Shown here: in pieces, positions 20,584-32,376 of the stretch
Numbering within the stretch: the stretch's first letter is position 1
How the letters are laid out: every line of letters starts with the position of its first letter
NCBI GenBank assembly: GCA_000004985.1
Contig: GG738845.1
DNA from: Naegleria gruberi
Lineage: Eukaryota
Strand: one strand, 5' to 3'
DNA length: 64,000 bases
Translations under genes and position numbers: made by a program
Notes under the pieces: generated by a model
Seen by the model: only the letters and a program-made list of their open reading frames with translations
Told to the model about the DNA's origin: nothing
The model's database searches: none

Positions 20584-22501
20584 ATGCTTCCTAGTGCCTC
20601 CAACAGTAACCTCACTCCAGGAAATTCACTGGATACCAATAAATCTATGAACGCTCTCAAGTCGTTAAAAGAGTACATATTGGATATGGTGGAAAGCGTT
20701 AATGGAGTAAAGGTATTAATTCTAGATGAATATACTGTAGGTTTAATAATTTAATGATTAATACAACATAATAATAAGAGAGACGTTGTTTCTGTTGTAA
20801 CACCTTTTAGTATGATTATGCAAAAGGAAGTTTTTCTTGTAGATCTGTTGAGTAATCACACCAGACAGAAATTATCAAACATGCGTGCTATTGTTTTTAT
20901 CCGACCAACAAAGGATAATGCCTATCTTTTAAAAGAGGAACTCTCCGATCCTAAATATCAATCCTACAATGTTTGTAAGTTTTGATCGATAAGATTCACC
21001 TAACTCTAACTTAGTTTTCTCCAATGTTGTTGATGAAGAAATTCTTCATAGATTTGCGGAAATAGATAAGAATGAAATGGTTAAAAGCGTATTTGAATAT
21101 TTTACTGAATATTTGGCTCTAGATAACTCGATTTTTTCGTTGAATATGCCTAAAACTTTTAAAATGATGACCAGCCGTTCAGAAACATCTGACACACTTG
21201 TTCCAAAGCTAACTGATGGATTGACAAGTGTTTTGTTATCTCTTAGGAAAAGACCAATTGTAAGATATCAAAAGAATTCTATTCCTTGTAAATTATTAGC
21301 TCAAAATTTGAGTGAAAGAATTTCTGGAAGAGACAAATCAATGAAGGGTATTTTCGATTTTAAAATGGATTATGAAACCAGATATCATACTAAAGCACCT
21401 CCAGCACCTATTTTATTGATTTTGGACAGAAGAGATGATGCTATCACACCACTTTTAACACAATGGACTTACCAAGCAATGATTCATGAACTCATTGGGC
21501 TTAATAACAATGTAATCAAATATCCATCTGATGAAAAAAGAGAAGAAGTCTTTACGGCCCAATATGATGAATTCTTTTCTCAGAATATGTATGAAAATTG
21601 GGGAGATTTATGTAAAAATGTAAAAAAAATTGTTGATAGATACCAACAGAATCATGACATGAAAGAAAATATTCAATCTATTGAAGATTTAGCTAACTTT
21701 ATGAAAAACTTCCCAATATTTAAAAAACAACAACAAGAAGTAGAAAAACACATTACAATGGTAACTGAACTTCGTTCCATTGTTTCCAGACGTAAATTAC
21801 TTGATGTATCAGAAGTTGAGCAAGAGCTGGTTTGTGGTCAAACACATGACAATATTTTTGAAGAATTGAAAAAGATTATCAAGAATGAAAATACTCTTAA
21901 ACTAGATGCCCTCAGACTTGTAATTATTTATTCATTAAGATATGAAGATAGAAAGTCTGAACTCAAACTTCTGAAGGAGTTGCTTGAGGATAAAGGTGTA
22001 GAAGAAACTTGGTTGGTGGATGGAGCAATAAGATTTGGAGGTAAATCAGCACGTACTCCTGGCCTTTTCGACGAACAACCAAAATCTCTTTCAATAACTT
22101 CATTATTTAAGAAAGTGGCAAGTGAATTCCAGGATAAGGAAGTCTCCAATGTATTTACCCAACACAAACCAAGACTTTATGAAACTTTGGAATTTTTATT
22201 TAAAGGAAAATTAGATACTGAGAAATATCCATTTATCAGTGATACTTCAAAGGACATACCACAAGAGGTGATAGTATTTATTGTCGGTGGCATTACTTAT
22301 GAGGAAGCTTCAGCTGTAGAATTGTTCAACAGTAAGGCTAGAAGAGAGGCTGAAGAAAGCGCCAAACTGAAAGCTAACTTTGGTGTTATTAGCTCATTGA
22401 ATCAAATTGACGATAATTTCAAGTCTGTAATTTTGGGTGGCACCAGTGTTTTAAACTCAAAATCATTCCTAAGAGAACTTGAAAATATTGATGGACATTA
22501 A
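20584..22501 (+). CDS. VPS45: Vps45 (Sec1/Munc18-family SNARE regulator); 3 exons
   Basis: Exons 20584-20736, 20779-20974, 21015-22501. The first intron (42 nt, GTAGGT...TAAG) contains an in-frame TAA. The second (40 nt, GTAAGT...TTAG) is phase 1. The product is collinear with VPS45: MNALKSLKEYILDMVESVNGVKVLILDEYT / RDVVSVVTPFSMIMQKEVFL...AIVFIRPTKDNAYLLKEELSDPKYQSYNVF / FSNVV...ILLILDRRDDAITPLLTQWTYQAMIHELIG...FIVGGITYEEA. It is only 83 bp from the SERINC start (divergent). Confidence 0.85.
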
Positions 22502-22553
22502 TTATTAAAATTGAAATTATTATTCCTTTACAAAAAAAGAAAAATATTAAAAA

Positions 22554-22964
22554 ATGAATCAAACCAAACGAATTGCTCTGTCTAAAACATCGCCATCTAT
22601 CCGCAACGGAATAATCATGTTCAAGAGATGCACTAATAAACAATCCAGAGAGTTTACAGTTGATATGTGCAATAGAGAAAAATCGGAAAAACAAAACGAA
22701 CAAGCAAAATCCCAGGAGGATGAAAATTTGGAATTTATTATTGAACAAGCATATATTAAAAAGAAGGTGGAACAAGCTGCTCTCAGCTCTCAAGTAAAAA
22801 TTGCTTTAGAAAAGGCCAAAGCAAAGCAAAGAAGAAAAGCCCATTTGGTTGTTGCCTTTGGATTATTTTCTGCTGTTGCAATTACATTGTTTGTTTTTTA
22901 TATTCACCAAACAAGATCACACTCTGGAGTGTTAACAGAAACAACAAAAGATAGAAAATTTTAA
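22554..22964 (+). CDS. small tail-anchored membrane protein (136 aa), unknown family
   Basis: ORF with a basic/acidic coiled segment and a single C-terminal TM helix (HLVVAFGLFSAVAITLFVFYIH). Its stop codon overlaps the stop codon of the convergent Thg1-like gene by 4 nt. Confidence 0.45.
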   Translation: MNQTKRIALSKTSPSIRNGIIMFKRCTNKQSREFTVDMCNREKSEKQNEQAKSQEDENLEFIIEQAYIKKKVEQAALSSQVKIALEKAKAKQRRKAHLVVAFGLFSAVAITLFVFYIHQTRSHSGVLTETTKDRKF

Positions 22965-23950
22965 TTTTTTGGATATTCTTTTGAAAAGACANNNNNNNNN
23001 NNNNNNNNNNNNNNNNNNNNNNNNNNNNNNNNNNNNNNNNNACCCTTTTCCTGTTCTACCATTTCAACAATTTTGCTAGCTGACAAGAAATTCATCTCAT
23101 TCTGTGCATAAAATTTACTTCCTAGTGTAGTCTTACTATTTCTAATACAGTCAATTTGTCTCCAAATCATATAATCAATAGCATGAGATATTGTTGGTAA
23201 TTGATAAATTCTACAATCAAAATTACCAAATATATCTCCATCCAATAATTTTTGACGAACAAGTCTTCTTTTTTCAAAATCTTCAGTTTGATAAGATTTC
23301 TTTGAAATATTAGAATTATGCATGTCATATTCCAATCTACTTTCAAAGCTATCTGCATTTGCTCGTAATAGTTTCCTCAAATAATAATTAAAAGTTATGG
23401 TCAGAAAACTTGTTGAAATGCTAACTAATTTTTGAGCACGACCTCTGTAAATTCCATTTGGCACTTTTTGTTTTTCGTTATTACTTGTTTGCCCTGAGAA
23501 CAATAATGTTAATTCATCTGAACAGTTGTAAATCAATGTTGGATTCATACTCAAATTTTTAAGACACAAGTCTCTCACTGCAAGAAGAAGAGCCCAATGA
23601 ATATTAGCATCAAAAGGCTTTTCGAAAATGTCTCCATTAGTTGTAAAAGATTTAAAATGAAAGCCATCAAAACGCATAACGATTGGTTGTTGGTCTGCAA
23701 TATCAAAGTTAACCTTGCTATCATATTGTCCTTCAAATAGTTTCATTCTAGCAACCACTTCATCAAAATTTTGATTAACAGCCTCCATTCTTTCGTGTAC
23801 AATCTTGTCATTTGTGTTGTTGGTTTTATGAAAGCAACGGAAAGAGAAAGAAGGTATTGTGCCATAGAATTTTCTTCCTTTGCTCATGATGGAAGAACAG
23901 AACAATTTGTGTTGAAGCATTTTTTTGAGATGCTTCTTACTTTCAATCAA
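22961..23950 (-). CDS. tRNA-His guanylyltransferase (Thg1)-like 3'-5' nucleotidyltransferase with about 90-aa N-terminal extension; spans assembly gap
   Basis: Thg1 core: PIVMRFDGFHFKSFTT...FEKPFDANIHWALLLAVRDLCLKNLSMNPTLIYNCSDELTLLFS (compare [32 protein letters not shown]...IAYGQSDEYSFVF) and DYMIWRQIDCIRNSKTTLGSKFYAQ (compare DYLSWRQADCHINNLYNT). The C-terminal about 35 residues are interrupted by the N-gap at 22991-23041. Confidence 0.8.
   Translation of the reverse strand: MIESKKHLKKMLQHKLFCSSIMSKGRKFYGTIPSFSFRCFHKTNNTNDKIVHERMEAVNQNFDEVVARMKLFEGQYDSKVNFDIADQQPIVMRFDGFHFKSFTTNGDIFEKPFDANIHWALLLAVRDLCLKNLSMNPTLIYNCSDELTLLFSGQTSNNEKQKVPNGIYRGRAQKLVSISTSFLTITFNYYLRKLLRANADSFESRLEYDMHNSNISKKSYQTEDFEKRRLVRQKLLDGDIFGNFDCRIYQLPTISHAIDYMIWRQIDCIRNSKTTLGSKFYAQNEMNFLSASKIVEMVEQEKGXXXXXXXXXXXXXXXXXVFSKEYPKN
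22991..23041. other. assembly gap (51 N)
   Basis: Run of N inside the C-terminal coding region of the Thg1-like gene. Confidence 0.99.
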
Positions 23951-24151
23951 TTAAAACATTAATTTTATTGATGACACTAGCAATTTCCACAATATTTTGC
24001 ATCGGAATTAATATTAATAAAATTAAACTTGTAATTTTCTATAATACTAACATTCATTCGCTAGTTTTGAACATGTATTCAGTAGGTGCTTTCACCAACA
24101 TCAATATTTAAAAATTAAAAAAAATGATCACCCAAAGCCAATATAAAAAAA

Positions 24152-26194
24152 ATGTATGAAGACCTACAAAATGATCTTGTTACACCTTTTACACCATTTT
24201 CCTGTTGCTTTGAAAGCCAGGAAGGTACTCTAAACGTAGCTGGTCATGTTGTAGAGTTTAAAAGTAAATATAGTGATAGAAAATTTGATATCCCAACCGA
24301 CCGAATTCGTGTATTTAAAAGTAAAAAAGAGCCAAAATTAAAACTTGATAAACAGCCCAAGGAAGAGGAAGGAAAGGCAACAGAAAAGAATACAGAAAGT
24401 TTTTTGCTAACATTCACAAATCCGGACGATTGCGAAAAATGTAAAGAGTTGATCGCAACATATATGACAAGAGCAGAGAAGAGAAAAAAACAATCTCACG
24501 AAGGAAATAAGCAACTAAAACTACTTGCTAGTGATGCCTTCCTAAAGAAGGTTTATGATGAAATGGTTGGTGGAGGAATTATAAAGAAAGAAGAATTTTG
24601 GGCTCAAAGAAAGTATTTAATATCCTCATCAGCCTTGACAGCATCTGATAGTGGAAAAGGTGGACCTATCATTAAGGAACAACGAGAAGGTTTGAAAAAT
24701 TACCTTTTTTGTTCTGATGATCATTTTGTTTCAAGTGTAAGAACTGATCAAGAAACTACAATTACCCTTTCCAAACGAAAAGTCCAACAAATTTTTACGG
24801 AACACCCTGGTGTTTACCAATATTATAAGAAAGTGGTTCCTACACAAATGAACGAAAAAGAGTTTTGGGCCAAGTTTATGAAATCATATTTTTTTAGAAC
24901 ACTTGATCCAGTGCATAGTGCTATGGGAAATACCACTTCTTCTTATTCAAAAACTGATGTGGATGATCCATTAGAACATTACGAACGAGAAATGAATAAG
25001 GAGTTTGATGAAAAAGCAAAAAATACCCGAGTCAACCCTCTTGTTAATATTGCAGCAGAGGATATAAGAGAAGGTTACGGAATAAGACAAGATGAGTTGA
25101 TTCAACCATCTAAACTAGCGGGATTCCCTGAATCTCTTAAAAATTTGAATAGAAAATCTTCTAGAATAACCCAGTATGCTTTTATTAATGAAAAACCAGG
25201 AGAGCAAAGTAGTGCTCCTTCTAAAGAAGTAATTGATGAAGAAAAAGTTCTAAATGAGGAAAGGGAAAAAATTAAGGAAATGTTGGAGTATGAAGATTTG
25301 AAAGATGAAGCTAATGTGGAATATATACCTTTGAAAATACAAGACAAGAATAGATATTTTGAGGGTTTATTAAATGAGCAATCAGCACCAACTGCTGGTA
25401 CAATCTCCAAAAAGGTAACCTCCTACCCTCTACGAGAAATGAGAAAAGCTTTTAATGAAGAGCTTGCTCACTTGAAACAAAATCTTGATCTTGGATCAGC
25501 TGTAATAGATCCAAAATTAGCAACACAGATATATAGGGAAATAAGTAACCAAATAATACAAAGTGGAGATCGTGATGATAAAAATACAAGTGGAAATCTT
25601 AGTAAAATAGATGTGGAGCACAGATTTAGAGAGGTTTTCGAGCTTGTACACGAACTATTGAGACATTTATGGTCTCTCTTATCATTAACTAAAAACGAAT
25701 GGAAGTCACACCATACTGAAAAATCCGAAAAGATTATCCAAAAGTTGAATGAAAAAAAGGAAATTCTTAAAACTTTAGGCACTGCACAAACCAATCAATG
25801 GGTGAAATCACTTTCTGAATCGATTCAAATTGCTTTGGAACATTTTAGTAGAATGAAACAAGGAAACCCAAATATTAGTCTACCTCAAACTCCAACTTCT
25901 CAATTCCGTACTGTGGAAGTAACTAAACCAGCAACACCTCAACAAAATCCTCAAACACCAGCAACACCTCAAACCAACAAACCAACAATTTCTGTAAACT
26001 TGACCAACAAACCAACCACACCCATGACTAAGATAAACATTCCGACACTTTCAAGAACACCCATGACAAACACACCATCCACACCTTCTGTTAGATTCTC
26101 CTTGCCTTCCAAAAAGGGAATTCAAACACCATCCACACCATCTAGCAGTGAACCAAGCAACGAACCAGCACAAAAGAAAATAAAAATGGACTAA
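24152..26194 (+). CDS. TFIIH subunit p62 (GTF2H1/Tfb1)-like: N-terminal PH-like domain plus two BSD domains, low-complexity P/T/Q tail
   Basis: N-terminal PH-like fold (LNVAGHVVEFKSKYSDRKFDIPTDRIRVFKSKKEP...LLTFTNPDDCEKCKELI) followed by two BSD motifs with the conserved FW (LLASDAFLKKVYDEMVGGGIIKKEEFWAQRKYL; VQQIFTEHPGVYQYYKKVVPTQMNEKEFWAKFMKSYFF). The gene ends in TAA. Confidence 0.75.
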   Translation: MYEDLQNDLVTPFTPFSCCFESQEGTLNVAGHVVEFKSKYSDRKFDIPTDRIRVFKSKKEPKLKLDKQPKEEEGKATEKNTESFLLTFTNPDDCEKCKELIATYMTRAEKRKKQSHEGNKQLKLLASDAFLKKVYDEMVGGGIIKKEEFWAQRKYLISSSALTASDSGKGGPIIKEQREGLKNYLFCSDDHFVSSVRTDQETTITLSKRKVQQIFTEHPGVYQYYKKVVPTQMNEKEFWAKFMKSYFFRTLDPVHSAMGNTTSSYSKTDVDDPLEHYEREMNKEFDEKAKNTRVNPLVNIAAEDIREGYGIRQDELIQPSKLAGFPESLKNLNRKSSRITQYAFINEKPGEQSSAPSKEVIDEEKVLNEEREKIKEMLEYEDLKDEANVEYIPLKIQDKNRYFEGLLNEQSAPTAGTISKKVTSYPLREMRKAFNEELAHLKQNLDLGSAVIDPKLATQIYREISNQIIQSGDRDDKNTSGNLSKIDVEHRFREVFELVHELLRHLWSLLSLTKNEWKSHHTEKSEKIIQKLNEKKEILKTLGTAQTNQWVKSLSESIQIALEHFSRMKQGNPNISLPQTPTSQFRTVEVTKPATPQQNPQTPATPQTNKPTISVNLTNKPTTPMTKINIPTLSRTPMTNTPSTPSVRFSLPSKKGIQTPSTPSSSEPSNEPAQKKIKMD

Positions 26195-26273
26195 GTTATT
26201 GATCTACTTTATTCGTATTTAATAAATTCATCTTGGCCTAACTTAACAGACGAGCCAATAAAGAAAACTCTAT

Positions 26274-27395
26274 TTAAAGTTGTTGATGACCTCCTCTAAG
26301 TTTTTCCTCTCTGTATCTTCTACAATCTCTAATAACAATTAAAATGAAAGGAATTAAGAATACAAGAATGCAAAAAATGATAGCTGCAAAGATGATAAAC
26401 ATGGTAATTTCAGTTTCTGATGTAGGTGGTGTCAATGAAGTAGGAGCAAAGGAAGCTTCCAATACGTCAACTCCACTGTCAGGAGCTCCACTTGAATAAA
26501 TCCAATGATCACAAGTACCATTTGATGTCCAATGAACAGGTCCATTCAAGAAAAAGTTTCTACCATTTGCACACAAATCACATTCTGCATTATTCAAACC
26601 TTGGACAATTTCACAACTAGTGTAGTTAGCAATCAGAACGGAAACTTGAGAATTGTAAGTGACATCACCTTTGAAAGTAGCAATAAGCTTGTTGACATTA
26701 CAATCAACAACACCACTCTCCTTCAAATAAACAACCTGAGTCAAAATAAATTTCTTTGAATCCTTTTCAACAACAAAGAAGACGTCTTCCTTAGCTTGAC
26801 TTCCAAAGTAGTTTCTATTGTTTGTTGAGAGCCAATAGTAAGATCCGGTAGCATGAGGACCACGCAAGTCGCAAGATGTGGAAGGATCAACAGCTGGTAG
26901 GAAAGTGAGTGCCTTCTTGTAGAATGCTGTGAAACCAGTTAATGTTAAATCTTCACACTCATCACCAAACGTAATTTTCAATGTTTGAGAGGCAAACATT
27001 GCCTTGAATTTAGAACAGATAGCAGTGATATCATCGGCATAGTTATTGTTCAATACTACAGTACAAGTCAATGATGACATGGTGAAATTTTCAGAAATAG
27101 CATAACTTCCGTGCAAATCAACACCAACAATTGGTGTTGTGTAACCCAAAGCAGGTCCTTTCTTTTCAACAACTTTTAAGTGTACAGCACCACGATTAAC
27201 ATTGGTTGCGCTAAAAGCTTGTAATTTCATGTGAATGTCAACTTGGAGGTTAGCTCCTGTACGTGGAGTAACTTGCCACCAGGTTTCGTCATGAGAAAGA
27301 CAAAGTTGTTCATTATCTGATTGTTGAATAGATGATTGTACTAAAAACAATATCATCATGATGAAAAGCACCACGTGTACCCTGGACGTTGCCAT
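26274..27395 (-). CDS. type-I membrane glycoprotein (373 aa): signal peptide, Cys-containing ectodomain with many N-glycosylation sites, one TM helix, short basic tail
   Basis: N-terminal hydrophobic signal (MATSRVHVVLFIMMILFLVQSSIQQ), about 300-aa ectodomain with several NxS/T sites and paired cysteines, C-terminal TM (ITMFIIFAAIIFCILVFLIPFILIVI) followed by RDCRRYREEKLRGG. Confidence 0.65.
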   Translation of the reverse strand: MATSRVHVVLFIMMILFLVQSSIQQSDNEQLCLSHDETWWQVTPRTGANLQVDIHMKLQAFSATNVNRGAVHLKVVEKKGPALGYTTPIVGVDLHGSYAISENFTMSSLTCTVVLNNNYADDITAICSKFKAMFASQTLKITFGDECEDLTLTGFTAFYKKALTFLPAVDPSTSCDLRGPHATGSYYWLSTNNRNYFGSQAKEDVFFVVEKDSKKFILTQVVYLKESGVVDCNVNKLIATFKGDVTYNSQVSVLIANYTSCEIVQGLNNAECDLCANGRNFFLNGPVHWTSNGTCDHWIYSSGAPDSGVDVLEASFAPTSLTPPTSETEITMFIIFAAIIFCILVFLIPFILIVIRDCRRYREEKLRGGHQQL

Positions 27396-27634
27396 TTCTT
27401 CTTAGATCTTGTGAAAAAAGAATTCCGTATGAAGAGAGTTATGTTGGATAACAGTTGTGAAACCTACTTCCAATGTGTTTTGGTTGAGAGAACTTTGTAT
27501 TTTTTTTTTAATTAATTTCTTTATTCAATAAAGCCAACAGTCCCAGAAATGGTCAACAGATATCAGAAAAAATAATTGTTCTAAAACCATTATTCTTGAT
27601 ATTATTCCATTTTATTTCCATTTTATTTTCAATG

Positions 27635-30600
27635 TTAGACAACATTTGGTGAATTTGGTGAATTAGGTGAGCTTAGTCTAATTAAATTTGCTTTAGAATT
27701 CTTTCTGTGGGATGCATAGAATAAAAAATCAATATCTGGGTCACTTCTTGGTGACTCAGTTCCAGAATTGTTTGGAGAATCATCATCAATGTTCAAGTCA
27801 AGTTTTGACATTGAACCTATACTAAGGGAGCTCATTGCAAAGTCTTCAAATCTTATTTTGGAATGTAATTCTTGGTGGATATTGTAAACATAACCTTTAG
27901 CCCTTCTCTTTCTCTTAATGATTATTACTGTTGCAACAATTACTATTACAATAACAAAAACAATCGAGAATCTTCTGGTATTTGAGGCTCAGTAAGAGAA
28001 CAATTGCTTCCATAATAAGGTGATTCACAAATACATTGGTTTGGGGAGACACATTTTCCATGTCCATTACAAACAGCTATATTGGCGGATTCAACTTCAA
28101 AACAAACAGGAATTTCACATTGAGAGCCTGTAAATTCAGTTTGATTACATTTACATGTATTAGGGCTCTCACAAATTCCTTTTCCATTACAAACTGTTGG
28201 ATCAGTGCTAAATTTTTGATAACAAATAGAAAGTTCACAATCTTGACCGGAATAGCCATTTGTACAAACGCACTTATCTGGTGAAACACAATTTCCTCTT
28301 GAGTGACAAACGTTTGGATCGTTGTTTGTTTAGTTAAAGCAAACAGGATATTGACAATGGGTACCACTATACCCATTATTACAAGTACAATCGTCAATGT
28401 TTTGGCAATAACCATTACCGTTGCACATTTTTGAGGTTTCATTAGAAAGAATTGAGTAACATGAGAAAAGCTCACAATTAGGGTTTGAGTATCCCAATTG
28501 GCAATCACATCTATCAAGTGCTGAACAGTTTCCTTGGCCATTACAAACTGATGTCAACTCTGATCTTACACCAAAACATGAATGAGTTTCACAATTTTGG
28601 TCAAAGTATCCAATTCCACACTCACAATGGTTAGGAGATTTACAAATTCCATTTCCACTACAGACTGTACTTTCATTAGAAGGAATTCCAAAACAAATAG
28701 GAATTGAGCAAGTGGTCCCAGTAAAACCTTGAACACATTCACAAACATCAGGAGCAATACAAACTCCATAATTGCAAATAGATGGATCCTTGGAACCATA
28801 ACAAATTGATAGGTTGCAATATTGTCCAAAATAGCCAGCACTACAGAAGCAAGAATCAGGAGAAACACAAGATCCATGACAACTACAGACATTTGGTGAA
28901 TTAAACAATTCTGAATAACATGAGTATTCATCACACTTGGAGCCGTTATACCCAAGAGAGCATTTACAAACATCCAAAGAAGTACATTCACCTAATCCAC
29001 TGCAAACAAGTGAGTTGTTAGATAATAAGGAGAAACAATAAGGTAAATCACATTTTTCACCATAATAATCACTATTACAAGAACAATTATTGAGAGAATC
29101 ACAAGAACCATGTCCACTACAAACCAAAGAAGAATTGGACGTGATTCCAAAACATGTACCAACTTCCGCTACAAACATTAGAATGATTTGATTCCGAAAC
29201 ATGAAGTGATGGAACAGTCCCATCCATAATAGCCATCATTACAAACACATTTATCAATTTGGGAGCAAGTACCATTCAAGAAATTACAAACACTGGGATC
29301 ACTGTTAGCAACTCCAAAGCATGAGTGATTTTGGCAATTAGTACCACTATAACCATAAGAACAATCACATAAGTTTGGTCCTAAACAACTGCCCTTTCCA
29401 CTGCAAACATAGGAAGAATTTGAAATAATCCCACTACAATAGGTCAAATTACAAGAACTACTAAACCATTCGCTGTGGCAGGTACAAGAATCATAATTAA
29501 AACAGTCTCCATTTCCACTACAAACAGATACGCTGGTAGAGTTAGTACTATAACATGTAGTTTGATTGGCAAGAACAAGTATTCAGAGCTAGGCATGAAC
29601 CTTTGCCGCTGCATACATCAACAGAGATACTTGTACGACCAAAACATGTTGTAATATTACAGTTTGAACCAAAATATCCAGTGTCACACGTGCAAGAGGC
29701 ATTGCTATTGCATTGCCCTTTCCCATTACAAACTTTTGTATCATTAGAATTAACTCCAAAACATGAAGTAACATTACAATCCAAGCCGAAATAATTAGGT
29801 TTACAACTACAAGTATTTGGATAAGTGCAGTTTCCATTCGAACTGCAAACATGGGCACTATTTGAGTTAATATTAAAGCAAATTGGATATTGACACTCTT
29901 GACCTGTATACCCGCTCAAACATGAGCAGGTATTTGGTCCAATACAAGATCCGTGACCATTACAAGCCCGTGAATCGTTAGAGGGAATTGAAAAGCATTT
30001 GGGATATTGACATTGATCCCCTGTGTATTGTAATTGACAAGAACAAGTATTATTCCCAATACAGGTACCATTCTGATAATTACAGACAGCTGACTCATTG
30101 TACATTTTCCCATAACAAATAGGAATACTACAATCAAAACCTGCCCAATTACCGTAGCATTGACAAAAATCTGGATTTGCGCAATATCCATTACCACTAC
30201 ACACCTTGCTATTTGTGCTTAAAGTTCCAAAGCAGATAGGATCGTTACAATCGGATCCATTATATCCGTATGTTGTATTACAAATACATGTATCCTGTTG
30301 AATGCAATTTCCTCTACCAGAGCAAACATTATCATCACTGAAATTTCTTCCGCTACATTCAAAATAACATTCAATAAGGAAAGTACTCCCTGCAGCAACA
30401 TCAATAATAACGCCTCTTGTAATTTGCTTTTCTTCCAGAGAAACTCTAGTAAATGTTAATAATTCAGGTGATTTTACCTCATAGCTTAGAATCATTGTTT
30501 GTTGGAATTTGAAGAGCATAATTATCACCAAATCCCAACACCTTTCCATCTCTTGTAAGTAGGAGTGTGAGATCAGCAGCTGATGCCTTAATAATAAAGT

Positions 30601-32376
30601 AACCATCTGTTTTGATTTTTGTAGGATATGGAGATGATAGATCTGAAATCTTTGTTGAATTTGGTTGGAGTAGAAGCTACTGTTTGTGAATAAATCAACC
30701 TGTCATTCACATAATTTACATTTTCTAAAGGTAACCTTCCCATAAAAAAGATATCATTTTCATCATTTAAAAACATTAAACTTCTTCTACTGGCAAAACG
30801 ATTAACAATATTTTCTCCAATCAAGTCTCCCATTTCAGAAATTAAATTAAATTTCGTATAACTTTGGTTCGTTAAAAAGTCCAATGTTCTCACTGTTCCA
30901 TCAACCAATATTCCAGTTGTAGTTGAACCTACTGCCAACTTAATATCACTATTTTCAGTAAATACAAGTTTTGGAATAAAGTTGTAATGTTTCATGGTGT
31001 TTGCACCCCATAAAAATAAGGTTCCATTTGCTAACAAATAAGATGTATATCCAGAGCTGAAAATCTTTAGTGGAATGTTGGCAGAACCAGTAACAGTTGA
31101 CAAAACACCTTTTTCGTAAACTTGTGTTGGTTTAGATGTTGGTAATCTATTCTTTTCAATACCCAACTGGCCAGCACTACCTTGGCCAAATGAGTAAACA
31201 TGGCCATTTTTCGTGCTAATCATGCAATAATCATTTCCAAGCAATATCATCAGGATCTCCAGATAAATCATCTGCTGTGACAAGTATTGGTACAGCAGTT
31301 CTTCTTAGTGTGGAATTTAGTTGACCAAATGAATTCTCCCCCACAGTGTAGATACCCTTATCAACCTTCAACAGTAAGCTGGAAGATCCAATAGCTACCT
31401 TTTCAACAACATTTGATCCTATGCCAGTAACTTTGGTTAAAGTGTAATTTAAAGACAACACAGATTCATCACCAGAAAAAACATATCCCATCCAATATAA
31501 ATTCCCGCTTGTATCAATAACAGAGGAAAATTTGTTAAATTTTGAAACATAGATCTTGGATGCAACCTTCTTCCAGGAATTGACTATTTGGGGTGAAGAT
31601 AAGGAAATATTGTAAGTGGTCACAGTATGATTAATGTATAACTTTTCTTGTAGAGTTTCAATCATAGTAGCATTACAACACATTCTCTTTGTAATGTTTG
31701 TTTGGTTATTAAAGAGGTCATAACTTAATACTGACATGGTGGTGTTATCACATTCAACATAATCTTCACTACAATTGTAATTAGAAAGATCATAATATAG
31801 TTGTTCTGTTGTTGTGATATTGAAATCTCCAATAGTACCACCTATTTCACCACAAACTTGAATTGATCCATCTGAGGCAAGGAACTTTGAGTATGTACCA
31901 ATACTCATGTGTTGTATTGGGTATGCATAGGTGAAGCTTATTTGGGTGGGAGTTGAAACAGTGCTAAGTCCTTCATACCTACTACCCAAACAGAGCTCGT
32001 TATTGTTGTTCGATCCAAAGCTGTAAACAGAGCCTGTGTCTGTATGCTGCCCAGTACCAATTTCAATAATCCTTCCTGCCCATGTTGAAGTATTAACAGG
32101 CATTGGAATAAAATGGGATACGAAGTTTCCTGTACCTAGAGCACCATAATTGTTATCCCCAAATGAATATAGTCCACCATCTGAGGTGAGAATGAGAGTA
32201 TGTACTGCTGAGCTTGAAATCTGCACTTTTGTTTTATCTGTAAGATAGTCAAATTGGAGAGGTAAAAATGAATACAAAAGATCAGTTCCTAGACTTCCTT
32301 TGTGAGCTCCTGTTGCATAAAGGCTACTTGTTCCTCCCTTACATGATAAAGTACTAACATCAATAACTTTGCACAC
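27635..32376 (-). CDS. giant surface-protein gene: RCC1-like beta-propeller (about 590 aa), about 25 tandem EGF-like cysteine-rich repeats, TM helix and cytoplasmic tail. Fragmented by at least 5 frame disruptions (pseudogene or mis-assembled repeat gene)
   Basis: ORFs 31231-32376 and 30588-31283 carry RCC1 blades (…YSFGDNNYGALGTGN…, …VYSFGQGSAGQLGIEK…). ORFs 29548-30606, 29178-29447, 28330-29223 and the frame continuing to about 27960 carry about 33-aa repeats with the pattern C.C..GY.G..C....CFG....S..VCSG.G.C. There is then a TM helix (IVFVIVIVIVATVIIIKRKRRAKGY) and a tail ending SPNSPNSPNVV (ORF 27635-27835). Adjacent segments are in different frames with overlaps too short for introns. 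The TM junction is repaired by one extra T in a T5 run near 27955-27965. Confidence 0.55.
27990..30330 (-). repeat. coding tandem array of about 25 EGF-like (tenascin/laminin-type) cysteine-rich repeats, about 99 nt each
   Basis: A periodic CxCxxGYxGxxC...CFG...VCSGxGxC motif is read on the minus strand. The repeat structure also generates the spurious antisense and alternate-frame ORFs listed in the track (28077-28541, 28566-28991, 29589-29858, 29916-30197, 30219-30404). Confidence 0.75.

Noticed and set aside
28077-30404. Track ORFs 28077-28541, 28566-28991, 29589-29858, 29603-29794, 29916-30197 and 30219-30404 inside the EGF-repeat region
   Set aside because: They are alternate-frame or antisense readings of the highly periodic Cys-repeat coding sequence. 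They lack the Cys pattern and give low-complexity hydrophobic peptides, so they are repeat-induced artefacts.
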